A stretch of DNA of 64,000 nt. Source: Chromera velia (taxonomy: Eukaryota). A program made the position numbers and the translations under genes. The DNA is taken from the NCBI GenBank assembly GCA_018398765.1, contig JAHBMJ010000190.1, positions 62,001 to 126,000 of the forward strand. The letters are read 5' to 3'. This document shows, one piece after another, positions 62,514 through 64,000 of the stretch (the stretch's first letter is position 1; every line of letters begins with the position of its first letter). The notes beneath the pieces were generated by a model that saw nothing but the letters and a program-made list of their open reading frames with translations, was not told where the DNA came from and searched no databases.

Positions 62514-64000
62514 GACTGTGTATGCAATACACATTCAGCAGAAGCAGAAAAGAGAAAGATTTCCTCCCAGCGTTGCGGAAAGGAAGAGCGGACTCAAAGA
62601 AATGGTCTCTCTCGTCGCTGGAGGGGAGGAGAGGCCCTCCTCTATCCCGCCCACCCACATGCAGCCTGTCCAGATATACATCTATTTGTGTACACAGAAA
62701 GAAAGAAACATGGATTCTCTTGAAAGGCACTGACTACACTAGTGCACCGACCGACCGACGGACGGACGGACGGACGGACGGACCTGAAATGCCAAGAGGA
62801 CCTGGTCATTCTCTGGGCCTAGCACGAGGCCTTGAGAGAGGAGACGGGCGGATTGGCGGTAGCACTCGAGAGCCGCCTGGAGGTCCTCAGATCTGCCCCC
62901 CCCCCCCNNNNNNNNNNNNNNNNNNNNNNNNNNNNNNGGGGGGGGGGGGCACGCAGTGACAAATGAAGAATGTGATGAAGACGCACGCACGCACGCACAC
63001 GGGCACACTCGATCAGGAGAGAGATAGAGAACAGAGAGAGAGGACAAGAGATCTGATGATTGATTGGAAGATTCAAGAAGAATGCAAGAGAGAAAGAAGG
63101 AAGGAGGGCAGACGGGTGGACAGAGAGAAGATAAGGAGGGCATGCAGAGGAGAGGAAAGGACCTGCGGGAGGGAACTTGAATACACTCGGAGGGAGGGAG
63201 GGAGGGGGGGAGGGAGGCTGATGAATGAATGAAGAGGGAAGGACATTAGGGCCTAGGGCCAGGGGTAAGGGGATGCATCGGGAGAAGTGTTTGATTGAGC
63301 ACGTAGGACTCACGAGGACTTTTTTGTTGCGGGTGCAGAACGATGAAGTCACTCAATTTGACACAGTGAGCGAAAGGGATAAAGACGTGACTGATTGGCC
63401 TGTGCGGTTACAGAAAGAGAAGCAAGGACAGACGAGCAGATCGAGCTCAACGGAGGATTTGAAGTTCTGTCCACCTCTATGAAGGCATAACTGGCAGTGG
63501 GAAACAGAAGAGAAGACAGGGGTGCATGGGAAGGGATCATTGCAGTACTGATCAAGCAAACAGAGGATGTCGGAAGAAGGGAAAGGAGGAAGTCAGCTTA
63601 ACTGTTGACACACAGACCGACGGACCGACCTTGCGGCCTCGATGCTGGGTGACTGGAAATGGTCCCCGAACGACGAGGAGGAGGAGATGGATCGTGAGTG
63701 GAAGTGGACAGGGCGCCGAGAGCGAGGGACAGAGGCAGAGAGTCCTCCCCTCAGCACCCCCACCCTCACAGGACGCATAGGTATTGCCGTACGATGACAG
63801 GCCCCCCTCCACGAGTCCCGTCTGAGTCCCTGCCTGTCAACCCAGAGGAGGGCGTAGCGAAGGGCAGAAGAGGAAGACGAAGAAGAAGGAGGAAGTTCAC
63901 GGAGTAGGCGGGAGGACTGGGCTAGCCGCCTCAGGGGGGCACTACTGTTGCCACCACGCCCCCACACACATGACCCCGAAACACACTGTGGACCCAACAT
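53670..64000 (-). CDS. Large multi-exon TPR-like protein with long low-complexity insertions; 5' end outside the window, 3' end uncertain
   Basis: TPR-like exons: EDLQAALECYRQSARLL (~62785-62893), ARNAAGLASRAMGNYNESADELREAL (~62340-62459), AALWHNFAELYFFFRRQPTDAREAL (~60840-60923) and AVAGLNNLGVTLL (~56880-56925). Long open exons at 58524-60923, 56560-57296 and 54677-56055. Confidence 0.6.
61993..62283 (+). repeat. (AAAG)n intronic microsatellite
   Basis: About 290 bp of AAAG/AGAC/AAGG repeats seen directly. Confidence 0.9.

Noticed and set aside
6836..62730. Numerous ORF-track entries rich in HT, CV, ER, SL and FLSF runs
   Set aside because: They arise from (CA)n, (GA)n and (AAAG)n intronic microsatellites or are antisense shadows of real exons.

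Overview
Intron-rich eukaryotic nuclear DNA with dense microsatellites, TGCATGCA motifs and a few N gaps. The protein styles suggest an alveolate near the apicomplexans, such as a chromerid (inference). Gene models were spliced by hand: an Alba gene (minus) head-to-head with VDAC (plus), an ankyrin-repeat TRP-like channel (minus) head-to-head with a divergent TRP/polycystin-like channel (plus), a possible small membrane-protein gene, and the 3' part of a large TPR-like gene running off the window. Mobile DNA includes a short two-LTR-like element, a solo LTR inside a 10-bp satellite, a TA-flanked MITE, a higher-order satellite, and a gag-only LTR element nested in a MITE with an 8-bp TSD. The most unusual signal is at least nine short 'echo' duplications of exon-intron junctions across four genes, usually with sense-strand T/TG-rich filler. 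Some involve a tiny TGCA-bounded palindromic repeat family. Splice donors also show an atypical GTCNGT consensus.
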